Positions 19,029-28,457 of a stretch of DNA of 64,000 nucleotides are shown here, one piece after another. The stretch's first letter is position 1, and each line of letters starts with the position of its first letter. A program made the position numbers and the translations under genes. The notes under the pieces are model-generated. The model saw only the letters and a program-made list of their open reading frames with translations, did not search any database and was not told the DNA's origin. Source of the DNA: an uncultured Bacilli bacterium (GTDB lineage Bacteria > Bacillota_I > Bacilli_A > Izemoplasmatales > UBA1188); NCBI GenBank assembly GCA_905235635.1, contig CAJOMC010000012.1, positions 59 to 64,058 on the forward strand, read 5' to 3'.

Positions 19029-19199
19029 TTATTTTAAAATAAATGTAAAGCCAAATTCATCATTTTTGTATTCATAATCAACATTATTTTGAGGGCACAG
19101 TGTAAAAGTTCTATCGAAGCCAGTTTCAAAAACATCAATATAGCCACATTCAGGTAATCTTTCGCAATCTTTGCAGCAATCAACTCCACAATATGTCAT
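19029..19199 (-). CDS. Cys-rich 56-aa protein, below the ORF-track cutoff (DUF3795-like N-terminus?)
   Basis: MTYCGVDCCKDCERLPECGYIDVFETGFDRTFTLCPQNNVDYEYKNDEFGFTFILK. Strong RBS ggagga lies 7 nt upstream of the ATG at 19199. Confidence 0.5.
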   Translation of the reverse strand: MTYCGVDCCKDCERLPECGYIDVFETGFDRTFTLCPQNNVDYEYKNDEFGFTFILK

Positions 19200-19641
19200 T
19201 TTCTATCCTCCGTAAGTTAAGTATTTTTTTATCTTACTTCTATATTTCTCCTATATTCATAAATTATTTAGGAGATTGTTTTAGTTTTAGGAGAAAAACT
19301 AAGCGATACATATATATTTTCTCATTTTAATTATAAAACTAAATTATAGATTATCTTTAAAATAAACCTTCAATTGCTGTGCAACTGGAGGTTTATAACA
19401 TTATAATTCTTCTTTTTCTTCTTCTATTTTATTCTCATCTCTTGTATCAATACTATGAATCGAATAATTGGCTTCGTCATCCTCTTTTATATTGCCCATA
19501 TCTAGTTCGCTTGAATCAATATCTTCTTCAAGTTTAACAATAAAATCATTTCTTTTTACTTGTTTTATATTGTTTTCTTCTACTACTTCTTTTTTAGCTT
19601 TTTCATTTAATATTTCATACCTACTGTTATAAATTTAGACA

Positions 19642-19687
19642 CTTAAAATATAAATAACACGCTAGAAATAGCCTCTAGCGTGTTATT
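19642..19687 (-). terminator. Rho-independent terminator after pepO
   Basis: Perfect 13-bp stem aataacacgctag (19653-19665) / ctagcgtgttatt (19675-19687). Followed by a T-rich tail on the minus strand. Confidence 0.75.
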
Positions 19688-19705
19688 AAATATATTGAAT
19701 ATCTA

Positions 19706-21604
19706 TTACCAGATTACAACTCTCTTCTTTGGATCTAGGTACATTTTATCTTTCTTAGTTACATTAAATGTACTATACCATTCAGAGAAGTTTCTTGGTT
19801 GCATATTCGCTCTTAAAATAGCTGGTGCATGAACATCTACTTTAAGTAGTAATGCTTGGAATTCAGGTCTTGCCTTATTGCACCATACTCTTGCCCAGTT
19901 CATGAAGTATTCTTCATATGATGAATTAGGAGTAGTTCCCATGATATCAAGCGTTACTGCCATACCGCCATTATCAGCGATATTCTCACTAACGATTAAT
20001 GAACCATTTACTTTACCCCAAGGAAGTTCAATACCATCAAACTCTTGAATCATCTGTTTAGTTTTCTTATTGAACATCTTGTAGTCCTCTTTAGTCCACC
20101 AATTATTTATATTACCATTTTCATCAAATTGTGCACCATTATTATCAAAGGCATGAGAGATTTCATGGGCGATAACTGCGCCTATTCCACCTAAGTTCTC
20201 ACTTCTTGTTTGTTTAATAGAATAGAATGGGGCTTGAAGAATTGCAGCTGGGAAGGTAATATCGTTTGATGATGGGTTATAGCAGGCATTCACAAGATGT
20301 CCTGGCATAGCCCATTCGGTTCTATCTACAGGTAAATTGATTCTTGCGATATTATCAAGAAGTCTTACCTTATATAATTCTGTCATTATCTCATATGCAG
20401 ATTTCTTCTCATTAAAGATTAATTTATCATATAAAGGTTCTACTTTATCAGGATAACCCATCTTAATTTCCATAGTTGATAATTTAAGAATAGCTTTTTC
20501 TTTTGTTTCTGGCGCAAGCATTTCATTAACTTTGATTCTTGTTTTATATCTATCAATAATTTCTTTAACCATACTGATGACATCTTTCTTAGCTTCTTCG
20601 CCAAAATATTTTTCACCATAATATAAACCTACTGGTTCAGCATACATAGATGATGCAACATTATATGCGAACTTTTCTACTTTTTGCATTTCAGCGAGTC
20701 CTGAGAGCGCTCTTTGATACATTCCGCCTAGTTCTCTTAATTCTTCACTTAAATATTTTGATGCGCTAATTAAAACTTTAATATATGCCCAGTGTTTGTA
20801 CTCATTAAATGTTTCTTCGTTAAAGATAGTATTAAAACCTTTTAAGAATCTAGGTTCTGCGACTATGATAACTTCAGGGATTAATCCAAGTACATTCTTT
20901 AAACCTCTTTTAAAATTCAAAGGTTTAAGTTGAGATGCAACTCTACCTACCTTCATAGGATTATATACTTTAGTATATTCGCTCCATTCTTCATGGCTCT
21001 TAACGAGTGTTGCGAGTGATGCATCAAACTTTAATGCGTCTTCAATATATAAAGCTTTAGTTTCTTCATCGAGTTCAGTGTGATCAAGGAGACCTTTAAC
21101 CATTTGGCTCCAAAGACCTAAAAGTTGTGCCTTTTGAGCTTCCATACCTTCTTTATAGTAAGTTGTATCTGGCAAAATGATAGATGGTCCAGAAATCATT
21201 AAACAGTGTTTTCTTGAATCTTTCATATCTGGTTCTACTTGGAAATCAACTGGTAGAGGTACACCATTAAAGACAAATTCTTTAAATGCTTTATTTAAGT
21301 CATTAACATTATTCAATGAATCAATCTTAGTAAGTAATTTAAGTACAGGTTTAAGACCATCCTTATCACGTTTCTTAACGTTTTTTAGTGCCTTATATAA
21401 AGCACAAGCACGTCTTAAATATTCATTTGGATATTTATCCTCTTTAACCATTTGGTTAAATTCATCCATCATTAGTTTTTCAACACCATCAGATAATTCC
21501 GCAAAGCCACCGGCTCTTGGTTTATCCGCAGGGATAACTAATTTTTCTAGTTTTTTCGCATTTACATGCATAAATAGATCGTCTTGAATTCTATATTCTT
21601 CCAT
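19706..21604 (-). CDS. pepO: M13 family metalloendopeptidase (PepO/neprilysin-like)
   Basis: 632 aa. Zinc motif VIAHEISHAFD and downstream ENIADNGG. Confidence 0.9.
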   Translation of the reverse strand: MEEYRIQDDLFMHVNAKKLEKLVIPADKPRAGGFAELSDGVEKLMMDEFNQMVKEDKYPNEYLRRACALYKALKNVKKRDKDGLKPVLKLLTKIDSLNNVNDLNKAFKEFVFNGVPLPVDFQVEPDMKDSRKHCLMISGPSIILPDTTYYKEGMEAQKAQLLGLWSQMVKGLLDHTELDEETKALYIEDALKFDASLATLVKSHEEWSEYTKVYNPMKVGRVASQLKPLNFKRGLKNVLGLIPEVIIVAEPRFLKGFNTIFNEETFNEYKHWAYIKVLISASKYLSEELRELGGMYQRALSGLAEMQKVEKFAYNVASSMYAEPVGLYYGEKYFGEEAKKDVISMVKEIIDRYKTRIKVNEMLAPETKEKAILKLSTMEIKMGYPDKVEPLYDKLIFNEKKSAYEIMTELYKVRLLDNIARINLPVDRTEWAMPGHLVNACYNPSSNDITFPAAILQAPFYSIKQTRSENLGGIGAVIAHEISHAFDNNGAQFDENGNINNWWTKEDYKMFNKKTKQMIQEFDGIELPWGKVNGSLIVSENIADNGGMAVTLDIMGTTPNSSYEEYFMNWARVWCNKARPEFQALLLKVDVHAPAILRANMQPRNFSEWYSTFNVTKKDKMYLDPKKRVVIW

Positions 21605-21658
21605 TATATTTAATCCTCCGTATTTAAAAATATTTTACCATATTTTATATCTATATTA

Positions 21659-24049
21659 TTAATAAAGTGTTATCTCCTTAAGTCTAACCTTAAGTTCTTC
21701 ATTCATATCTAAACTTTGAATATATTCCATTAATTCTTCTTTAGATGATAGGTGGTCACATAAGGAATGATATAGTTTTTCTTTCTTCATATTTTCATCG
21801 TTTTCACCTGTGAGTATATAGCCCAAATGTTTTCTTGCGTATGACTCAAAGTTATCTTTTTCTATATTACTAATGATAATAGTTATATCACTCTTTATTG
21901 ATACATCCTCTATTTTAATAGATAGATTAAACGCTGTATTCTTTTTATATCCGTTTTCTTTATCATCCACTATAACCTTAATATCACCATCAAGTACATG
22001 TCTAAGTGAGATAGTATAGTCTCTATTAAAATTCTTGTGAGTATCAGTTTTTATCTTTATTCTAAGAGTGTTATTTTCTTCTTTTGAATCAATATGAGTA
22101 AGAACTTCTTCATCCACCGTCTCAATTAAATCTAGGTGGCTATTATTTGAGATAATATTTAATTCTAAATCTCTTGATTCATTGTCGATATTATAGATAT
22201 CGTTTGAAAGCGGGAGGATCGTTCCTTCTTTTACAAAAAATGGTATTTCACCTAAATCACGAGCTACACTAACCCATTTGCCTCCAGTATAGAATCTTCT
22301 TGTGAAATAGTCATAATACCTACCTTCTGGTAAATAGAGTTCTTTAATAGCGTAGTTATTATTTCTTCTACTTAGTATTGGTGACACTATTGTTTCACCA
22401 AAATAATAGGTTGATTTATCAAGATAAGTATTATCATCTTTTGAATATTCATAGTAAAGTGGTTCAATTAAAGGGATACCTTCTTTATGAGTAAGGTGAG
22501 AATAATGATTTAAATAAGTAAGGAGTCTATGTCTAAATCTTAGATAATAATCTGTGATATATCTCACAGATGAATTATTAAGCCAGGGCTCTTTAGATAG
22601 TACATCAGGCATATTAGTATGAATCCTAGTAATTGGCGAAAATACGCCAAATTCGATCCATCTGGTATATAAGTCATCATCCTTGATTCCATAGTGATGA
22701 GCCCCTATATCGTGACTCCAGTAAGTATATCCTACATTAGATGCGGTAAAAGTAAAATAAGGCATAAATGATAGAAAATCAAATGTTTGTTTGGTGTCAC
22801 CACTAAACCCTAGTGGATACCTGTGACTTCCAAGTGATGCATATCTTGAAAGGATTAATTTATATTTAGAATCAATAAAGTGGTAGTGGTTAAGTGGCCA
22901 TAGAGGATTTAAATTTTTGATTTTAGATGTAGTTTCCTGTTGGTAATCTATCCACCATATGTCTACCCCATCTTTTTCATATGGTTCTAGTATATCTTTA
23001 AAATATGTATTCACATACCTAGGATTTGTCATATCAAATTCCACTACCTTTTTGGTAGATGGATCTATTCCATTATCTTTAGCCATTTTATCGTATTGGT
23101 CTTCAAACCATCTTATTCCATCTCTTGGATGTAAGTTTAGTGATATCTTTAATCCTCTATTATGAATCTCTTTAAATGATTTCTTATAGTCTCTCCAAAG
23201 TGATGTATCAAAAGAATATCCAGTCCAACCGCTTAAAGAACCATAGTGTGATTCATCAGTCAAACCTAATTTAGTTAAATGGAACTTCTTTTCTAGGTCA
23301 ACATAGTGCCAATCCATATCTATTACCGCAACGGATAGTGGCACATCTTCAAGACTAAATCTATCAAGTAATGCCATGTATTCTTTATCAGTGTAAGCGT
23401 GATATCTACTCCACCAGTTTCCGAACGCAAACTTAGGGATAAGAGGCGGATAGTATGAAAGTTTATAGAAATCTTTTAAACATTTCTTATAATCATTAAG
23501 ATATAGGAATAAATATGAATCAAGAGGTGTATCTATTCTTTCATGAGGAATATTATCGATTAATACTGGTGTAGAGCTATCGTCAATAATAGATACACCA
23601 TTTGTGCTCATAAGACCTATAGATAAAGGAAGTGTATCTACACTAAATTTAGTTACACTTCTATCTACTGTAAATCCTTCATCAAAGAAAGTATCAAGGG
23701 TACGCATTGTACCTTTTAAATTATACTTATTATTTAAAAATCTCTTTTCCTTTGATTCATCTTTCTTAAATACTACATAGTTAGATTCAAAGTCTTTTTT
23801 AGTATCAAAAGAAAGTATTGCTTCTTTTGTCTCTATAGTAATAAGTGAATCTTTAATATTATAGGTGTATTCTACTTTTTCTGTATTTCTATAAAAGAAG
23901 GTTAATGTGGGATCATCAGTATATACATCCTTTTCTATTCTAATAAGATTATCAAACAGGATGGTAAATCTATAGGAATCAAATAATATGATATTCTCTT
24001 TAATAGCTTTACCATTTGTATCATATATAAATTTCTTATTAATTTTCAT
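21659..24049 (-). CDS. Glycoside hydrolase family 31 (alpha-glucosidase/alpha-xylosidase-like)
   Basis: 796 aa. FGNWWSRY, VAVIDMDWH, DGVDIWWIDYQQ and RYPLGFSGDT are GH31-like blocks. Confidence 0.8.
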   Translation of the reverse strand: MKINKKFIYDTNGKAIKENIILFDSYRFTILFDNLIRIEKDVYTDDPTLTFFYRNTEKVEYTYNIKDSLITIETKEAILSFDTKKDFESNYVVFKKDESKEKRFLNNKYNLKGTMRTLDTFFDEGFTVDRSVTKFSVDTLPLSIGLMSTNGVSIIDDSSTPVLIDNIPHERIDTPLDSYLFLYLNDYKKCLKDFYKLSYYPPLIPKFAFGNWWSRYHAYTDKEYMALLDRFSLEDVPLSVAVIDMDWHYVDLEKKFHLTKLGLTDESHYGSLSGWTGYSFDTSLWRDYKKSFKEIHNRGLKISLNLHPRDGIRWFEDQYDKMAKDNGIDPSTKKVVEFDMTNPRYVNTYFKDILEPYEKDGVDIWWIDYQQETTSKIKNLNPLWPLNHYHFIDSKYKLILSRYASLGSHRYPLGFSGDTKQTFDFLSFMPYFTFTASNVGYTYWSHDIGAHHYGIKDDDLYTRWIEFGVFSPITRIHTNMPDVLSKEPWLNNSSVRYITDYYLRFRHRLLTYLNHYSHLTHKEGIPLIEPLYYEYSKDDNTYLDKSTYYFGETIVSPILSRRNNNYAIKELYLPEGRYYDYFTRRFYTGGKWVSVARDLGEIPFFVKEGTILPLSNDIYNIDNESRDLELNIISNNSHLDLIETVDEEVLTHIDSKEENNTLRIKIKTDTHKNFNRDYTISLRHVLDGDIKVIVDDKENGYKKNTAFNLSIKIEDVSIKSDITIIISNIEKDNFESYARKHLGYILTGENDENMKKEKLYHSLCDHLSSKEELMEYIQSLDMNEELKVRLKEITLY

Positions 24050-24152
24050 AAATGCTACCTCTAAAATATATATAAATATTTTACCTTTATTTTTTAATCC
24101 AGTAAATGATAATTATTGACATTAAACTTTCACATAATAAAGAATGGAATAA

Positions 24153-24161
24153 TGGTATAAT
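24153..24161 (+). promoter_or_regulatory. Extended -10 promoter element upstream of the SecB-like ORF
   Basis: TGGTATAAT lies 25 nt upstream of the ATG at 24186. There is no well-spaced -35. Confidence 0.35.
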
Positions 24162-24185
24162 CTAGGAAAGAGAGGATAAAGTATT

Positions 24186-24596
24186 ATGCCAGAATTACAG
24201 ATTAAATTAAAAGAATCATACTTTACTAGGTTAGAGTTTACTCAAAATAAACCGCCTAAAAACGCTAAGATAAAATTAAAGATAACTCCTTCATATACTC
24301 TAGATATATTAAGAGATACTAGTGAAGTTGAATCAAATATCAATCTATCTATTGAGAGCGAAGATAATAATATATTGCTTAATGTATCTATGCACACCCT
24401 AATAGAATTTAATTCGGAAAATATAAATGATGAAAATATATTGGGTAATTTAATATGTAATCTCATGTGGCCACATATTAGAAGTGAAGTAGTTCTTCTA
24501 ACCTCACAGCCTGGGATAATGCCTATTGTGCTTCAACTTCAAACACCTATATTTAAAAGAGAAGATATATCTATTTATCCTACATATGTAGTATAA
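24186..24596 (+). CDS. SecB-like chaperone-fold protein (orphan)
   Basis: 136 aa, colinear by eye with E. coli SecB. LQIKLKESYFTRLEF aligns with FQIQRIYTKDISFE. NLICNLMWPHIRSEVVLLTSQPGIMPIVLQ aligns with [29 protein letters not shown]. Monocistronic, with its own terminator. Confidence 0.5.
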   Translation: MPELQIKLKESYFTRLEFTQNKPPKNAKIKLKITPSYTLDILRDTSEVESNINLSIESEDNNILLNVSMHTLIEFNSENINDENILGNLICNLMWPHIRSEVVLLTSQPGIMPIVLQLQTPIFKREDISIYPTYVV

Positions 24597-24606
24597 AAAA
24601 TATAAT

Positions 24607-24641
24607 AAAACTAGACAAGCATGAAACACTTGTCTAGTTTT
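24607..24641. terminator. Bidirectional terminator
   Basis: Perfect 13-bp stem aaaactagacaag / cttgtctagtttt with A/T runs on both sides. Lies between convergent genes. Confidence 0.75.
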
Positions 24642-24689
24642 ATTATACGGAAAATCGCCTAGAATAGCGAAATCTTAGTCGTCGTAGAA

Positions 24690-25412
24690 TTATTCCTCTA
24701 AAATCTCTGGAAGATTTATTTCAGCTGTACCATAAGAGATAGTAATTAAGACAGTATCTCTTAATTTGTTTATACCCATAGAATAATCTTTAGAATAAGA
24801 ATATTTAAATAATTTACCATCCTTATTAAAATAATATTCACTATAACCATCATTTGATACATAACAGCCTTTCTTGCTATTATATGTAACACTACTGTAT
24901 TCTGGGAGATTTAATACACTACCAGGAAGTAGTTCAATAAATTTAAGTGAAAACTGTTCAAAATCAGATACTTGGTTGAAATAAGCTAAATAGTAATCGC
25001 CATCTATTCCTCGATACCTAAATGAGCCTTCTGGATCTCCAGGCCAATTGTATACATCTTTATGATAAGAGTTTTCATACATCCAACCATAAATGTGCTT
25101 ATAAACAGTATAGTAGTTATATCCTTCGCCCTCTCCTCTTGAGCCTTCTCTTTTAGAATAGTAGTAGCCATTACTGCCATCTCTATCCCTTTTTTCTTGT
25201 GTAGACCATAAACTAAATTTATTGGTTAGATTATAGGTTTCGGTCTTCCATTCCATCTCATAATTCTCTTCATTAACGAGTGTTTCAGCAAATTTATTCC
25301 ACTCTTCCTCTTTAACTTCTACTCCTTTAGATGAGCCTCCACCAAGTAGAGAACAAGATGATAGAACTAAAAGAATTGTCAAAGCAAAGATGCTTGTAAT
25401 TATTTTCTTCAT
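24690..25412 (-). CDS. Putative lipoprotein
   Basis: I chose the ATG at 25412 (MKKIITSIFALTILLVLSSCS), with RBS ggag 8 nt upstream; the track start is 25433. Lipobox LSSC. Confidence 0.7.
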   Translation of the reverse strand: MKKIITSIFALTILLVLSSCSLLGGGSSKGVEVKEEEWNKFAETLVNEENYEMEWKTETYNLTNKFSLWSTQEKRDRDGSNGYYYSKREGSRGEGEGYNYYTVYKHIYGWMYENSYHKDVYNWPGDPEGSFRYRGIDGDYYLAYFNQVSDFEQFSLKFIELLPGSVLNLPEYSSVTYNSKKGCYVSNDGYSEYYFNKDGKLFKYSYSKDYSMGINKLRDTVLITISYGTAEINLPEILEE

Positions 25413-25466
25413 TAATTTTCTCCTCTTTATCATATTCTTATTATATATAAGTATTATAATACTAAT

Positions 25467-26189
25467 TTAAGCATTATATTCATAACAATTTACTCTAACA
25501 TTAGTTTTTAGTTTAGATTCATACATATCTATTTGACCGGTATATTTAAAACCACATTTTACTATTACTCTATTGCTTCTTTCATTAGTCGTATATGCTC
25601 TTAAGTATATTTTTTTAAATCCTATTTTAATAAGATAATCTCTAAGTGCAGTACACGCTTCTGTCATATATCCATTATTCCAGTATTCTCTTGATAGAGC
25701 GTATCCTACTTCAGGGATAGAGTCTATATACCTTACAACGTCTATTGCGCCTATTAACTTACCATTTTCTTTTAGCGTAATAGCGTATTTAATAGTATTA
25801 GGATTACTGTAATCTTTTGCCCAAGACTCGAGTAGGTACTTTGTTTCATCTATTGATTTATGAGGATTCCAACTTAGAAATTTTGTAACTTCTTCATCGC
25901 TACAATATCCACAAAACATATCGCTCGCATCACTTAGTCTAAATTTCCTAAGTATTAGTCTTTCTGTCTCTATAGTAGAGTTATCAATAAATGATATATC
26001 TAGTGATAATGGTGCGGCTATTTTCATTAGTGTATCAATTGTGGGAGATATCTTAAGTGTTTCAATCCTAGCGATAGTAGACTGAGGAAGACTTGATAAT
26101 CTTCCAAGTTCACTTTGAGTAATACCTAATTCTTTTCTTCTTTTAATTATTTGATTAATTATTCTTTGAGTATACATATTTTTATCCAT
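25467..26189 (-). CDS. XRE-family HTH domain fused to a GNAT (RimJ/RimL-like) acetyltransferase
   Basis: 240 aa. N-terminal LGITQSELGRLSSLPQSTIARIE is an HTH_3-type motif. The C-terminus (ERLILRKFRLSDASDMF..YWNNGYMTEA..NERSNRV) is Acetyltransf_3-like. Confidence 0.8.
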   Translation of the reverse strand: MDKNMYTQRIINQIIKRRKELGITQSELGRLSSLPQSTIARIETLKISPTIDTLMKIAAPLSLDISFIDNSTIETERLILRKFRLSDASDMFCGYCSDEEVTKFLSWNPHKSIDETKYLLESWAKDYSNPNTIKYAITLKENGKLIGAIDVVRYIDSIPEVGYALSREYWNNGYMTEACTALRDYLIKIGFKKIYLRAYTTNERSNRVIVKCGFKYTGQIDMYESKLKTNVRVNCYEYNA

Positions 26190-26214
26190 ACCACATTATA
26201 GCATATTTGCTATA

Positions 26215-26500
26215 TCATTTTAATTCTAATACGAGATTATCTATTATATCTTTAATGATATTTGAATCTTCAGTATCAATTAGATACATGGGTATTGCGC
26301 CATTATATGGTGTTTCTTCTTTTAAGTTTAAAGATGATGAATAGTTAGTCTTCTTTATAAGAAATCTATCGTCATAGATACCACCAAATAAAACACCGTC
26401 TTTATATAGAAGGTATTCACCCTGAGGTAAATTGAATAATTTGGACAAACAACTTTTTCAGTTCACTTAGTTTTAACACAAGGTAACTTGCTTAAACACA
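26215..26500 (-). pseudogene. TfoX N-terminal-domain-like gene with a disrupted 5' end
   Basis: The 77-aa ORF (TTG start) reads ..GEYLLYKDGVLFGGIYDDRFLIKKT..PYNGAIPMYLI, which is TfoX_N-like. The expected about 35 N-terminal codons are scattered over other frames upstream (SKLPCVKTK*, LSELKKLFVQ..*). Confidence 0.45.
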
Positions 26501-26810
26501 CCTCGATATTTATATTTTAAGAATTAGTTTACTTACTAATCACCAATACAGTTATCTAATTAAGATGACTATATTTAATTATTGTATTAGATATTGTATC
26601 TATTGTTTATTATTTTTCTTCTATTTATCCTATTTATAAGGAATATTTATAAGTGTTTATAATAAATACTGGAGTTTATATTGACACAAAAGGTCATAAA
26701 ACTCCAGTATTTCACACAACACTTTATTTATTGAGGACACACCTCAATATTTATAGTTTTTTTGATGATTCTTCATGAGGTCGTGTACGGAAACACACCT
26801 CGTTATTAAA
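26494..26810. repeat. Three copies of an about 20-nt motif (a/g)(a/g)ACACACCTC(g/a)(a/t)TATT
   Basis: aaacacacctcgatatttata (26494-26514), ggacacacctcaatatttata (26735-26755) and aaacacacctcgttattaaa (26791-26810). Copies 2 and 3 are arms of small hairpins: ttgagg-acaca-cctcaa and gaggtcgtgt..acacacctc. Confidence 0.6.
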
Positions 26811-26896
26811 AGAACCAAATTCAGTTGCGCTTTATCATATTAAATCATTTAATTATTTTGAGTTTAATAAGCTTTACCTATAGCTAAGCAAAACCC

Positions 26897-28240
26897 TTAT
26901 TTAATAGCAAAAAGCATATAGTATGGTAAGTATACCAGATCGTCTTCACAAGATAATGTTTTAATACTTACTATATATTTAACACCAATCTTATTAACGT
27001 ATTTTTTTCTAAACTCATTCAATGATTCTTTAGAAGAAACATTTCTAGACTTAACTTCCAGTGGAATGGTTTTTCCTTTATTATAAATTATAAAATCAAC
27101 TTCATATTTTCTTTTAACATCGTTTATAGTTTGTTCCCACGAGTAATAATATGGTTCATATGAGTTAGCTACAAGCATTTGGGCAGATACATTTTCAAAC
27201 AACATGCCTTCATTAGTTTTTAATTTATCAAATATTATTCTTTGATATACGTCGTCTGAACCATTTGTTGAATTAGAATATACAATAGAAGTAAATAGAC
27301 CAACATCATTGAAATATAACTTAAATGCACTAGTATCTTTGGTTAAGGCATAGCCACCAGATGGATCATTGCATCTATAGACAGACAAAACCATCTTAGA
27401 TTCAATTAGTTTTTCCATAGTATTAAGGAATAATACGGAGTCGGCTCTTTCATTTGTTGATGAAACAATAAACCTAGTTGAATGCTTAGATAGCATAAGT
27501 GGAATTTGTTTCCAAACAATATAACAAATAGTTCCAAATTTGTTATCAATTTTTCTTAAGTCCTCTTCATATAACTTAATAATTTTTGCTTTTTCTTTTT
27601 CTACAGCATAAAAATCATGAGTATCTAGATATGTTTGGACTACCTTTGGCATTCCACCTACCGCAAGGTAAGTTCTAAAGTTTTGCATAAGTATTCTATG
27701 TGTATTATTATCAAAAGGTTTTTTATTACTAAAATGGTCCATAATTGTCTGCGCTTCATATTCTAAACCACATGCCCATAAAAACTCTTCATAGTCCATT
27801 GGATACATTTGAATATTTTCCTCTTCTGATGGAATTAAAATATCAGATGTATTTTCTTTAATAGAAACTAGAGATCCTGTTTCGAGATAATAATACCTGC
27901 CATCAGCGACAAGAGTTTTAATTGCTTGTCTAGCTTTTGGACAAAACTGCACCTCATCAAATATTAAAAGACTTCCCTTTGGCAGTGCATTAATACCTAA
28001 AGATAAAAATAATCTTTCAAAGAAAACATCTATCTTACTTACATCATTAAAACATCCGATTACATCACTTGATACAACCGAGAAATCAATAGTCTTAAAC
28101 ATAGGAAACTCATTTGCGCCAAATAATTCAGAAATTGCAGTCTTTCCTATTCGTCTTGCTCCTTCAATTAGAAGAGCTGAAGTAGCGTTAGATTCTTCCT
28201 TCCATTTTAATAGCTTATTATATATTTTTCTTTTAAGCAT
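26897..28240 (-). CDS. AAA+ ATPase with C-terminal PD-(D/E)xK-like domain (COG1373, AAA_14 + DUF4143 type), paralog 1
   Basis: I chose the ATG at 28240 (MLKRKIYNKLL..), with RBS gaggt 8 nt upstream; the track start is 28288. Walker A GARRIGKT, Walker B LLIFDEVQ, and C-terminal YEVDFII..IPLEVKS. Confidence 0.85.
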   Translation of the reverse strand: MLKRKIYNKLLKWKEESNATSALLIEGARRIGKTAISELFGANEFPMFKTIDFSVVSSDVIGCFNDVSKIDVFFERLFLSLGINALPKGSLLIFDEVQFCPKARQAIKTLVADGRYYYLETGSLVSIKENTSDILIPSEEENIQMYPMDYEEFLWACGLEYEAQTIMDHFSNKKPFDNNTHRILMQNFRTYLAVGGMPKVVQTYLDTHDFYAVEKEKAKIIKLYEEDLRKIDNKFGTICYIVWKQIPLMLSKHSTRFIVSSTNERADSVLFLNTMEKLIESKMVLSVYRCNDPSGGYALTKDTSAFKLYFNDVGLFTSIVYSNSTNGSDDVYQRIIFDKLKTNEGMLFENVSAQMLVANSYEPYYYSWEQTINDVKRKYEVDFIIYNKGKTIPLEVKSRNVSSKESLNEFRKKYVNKIGVKYIVSIKTLSCEDDLVYLPYYMLFAIK

Positions 28241-28294
28241 ATCATTATACCTCAAATATATAATACCATTATAAAACCAATAAATCAAACGCTA

Positions 28295-28414
28295 TTTGCA
28301 AAAAGTTAGGTTTTAAAAATGGTGAAATTTGCAAAAAGTTAGGTTTTATAAGTGCCTAAATTTGCAAAAAGTTAGGTTTTAAAAATAGTGAAATTTGCAA
28401 AAAGTTAGGTTTTT
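28295..28414. repeat. 4 x 33-bp tandem array with a 21-bp invariant core and 12-bp spacers
   Basis: The core atttgcaaaaagttaggtttt occurs at 28295, 28328, 28361 and 28394, all four copies identical. The spacers are aaaaatggtgaa, ataagtgcctaa and aaaaatagtgaa. Confidence 0.95.
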
Positions 28415-28457
28415 TCGTTTTTATTTAAGAAAAATAACCACTTATAAGATGTGGATA

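Noticed and set aside
28295-28414. Could the repeat-spacer array be a CRISPR array?
   Set aside because: The repeats are 21 bp and the spacers only 12 bp. Two spacers are near-identical, the repeat is not palindromic, and the window holds no cas genes. The geometry fits a protein-binding array, not a CRISPR array.
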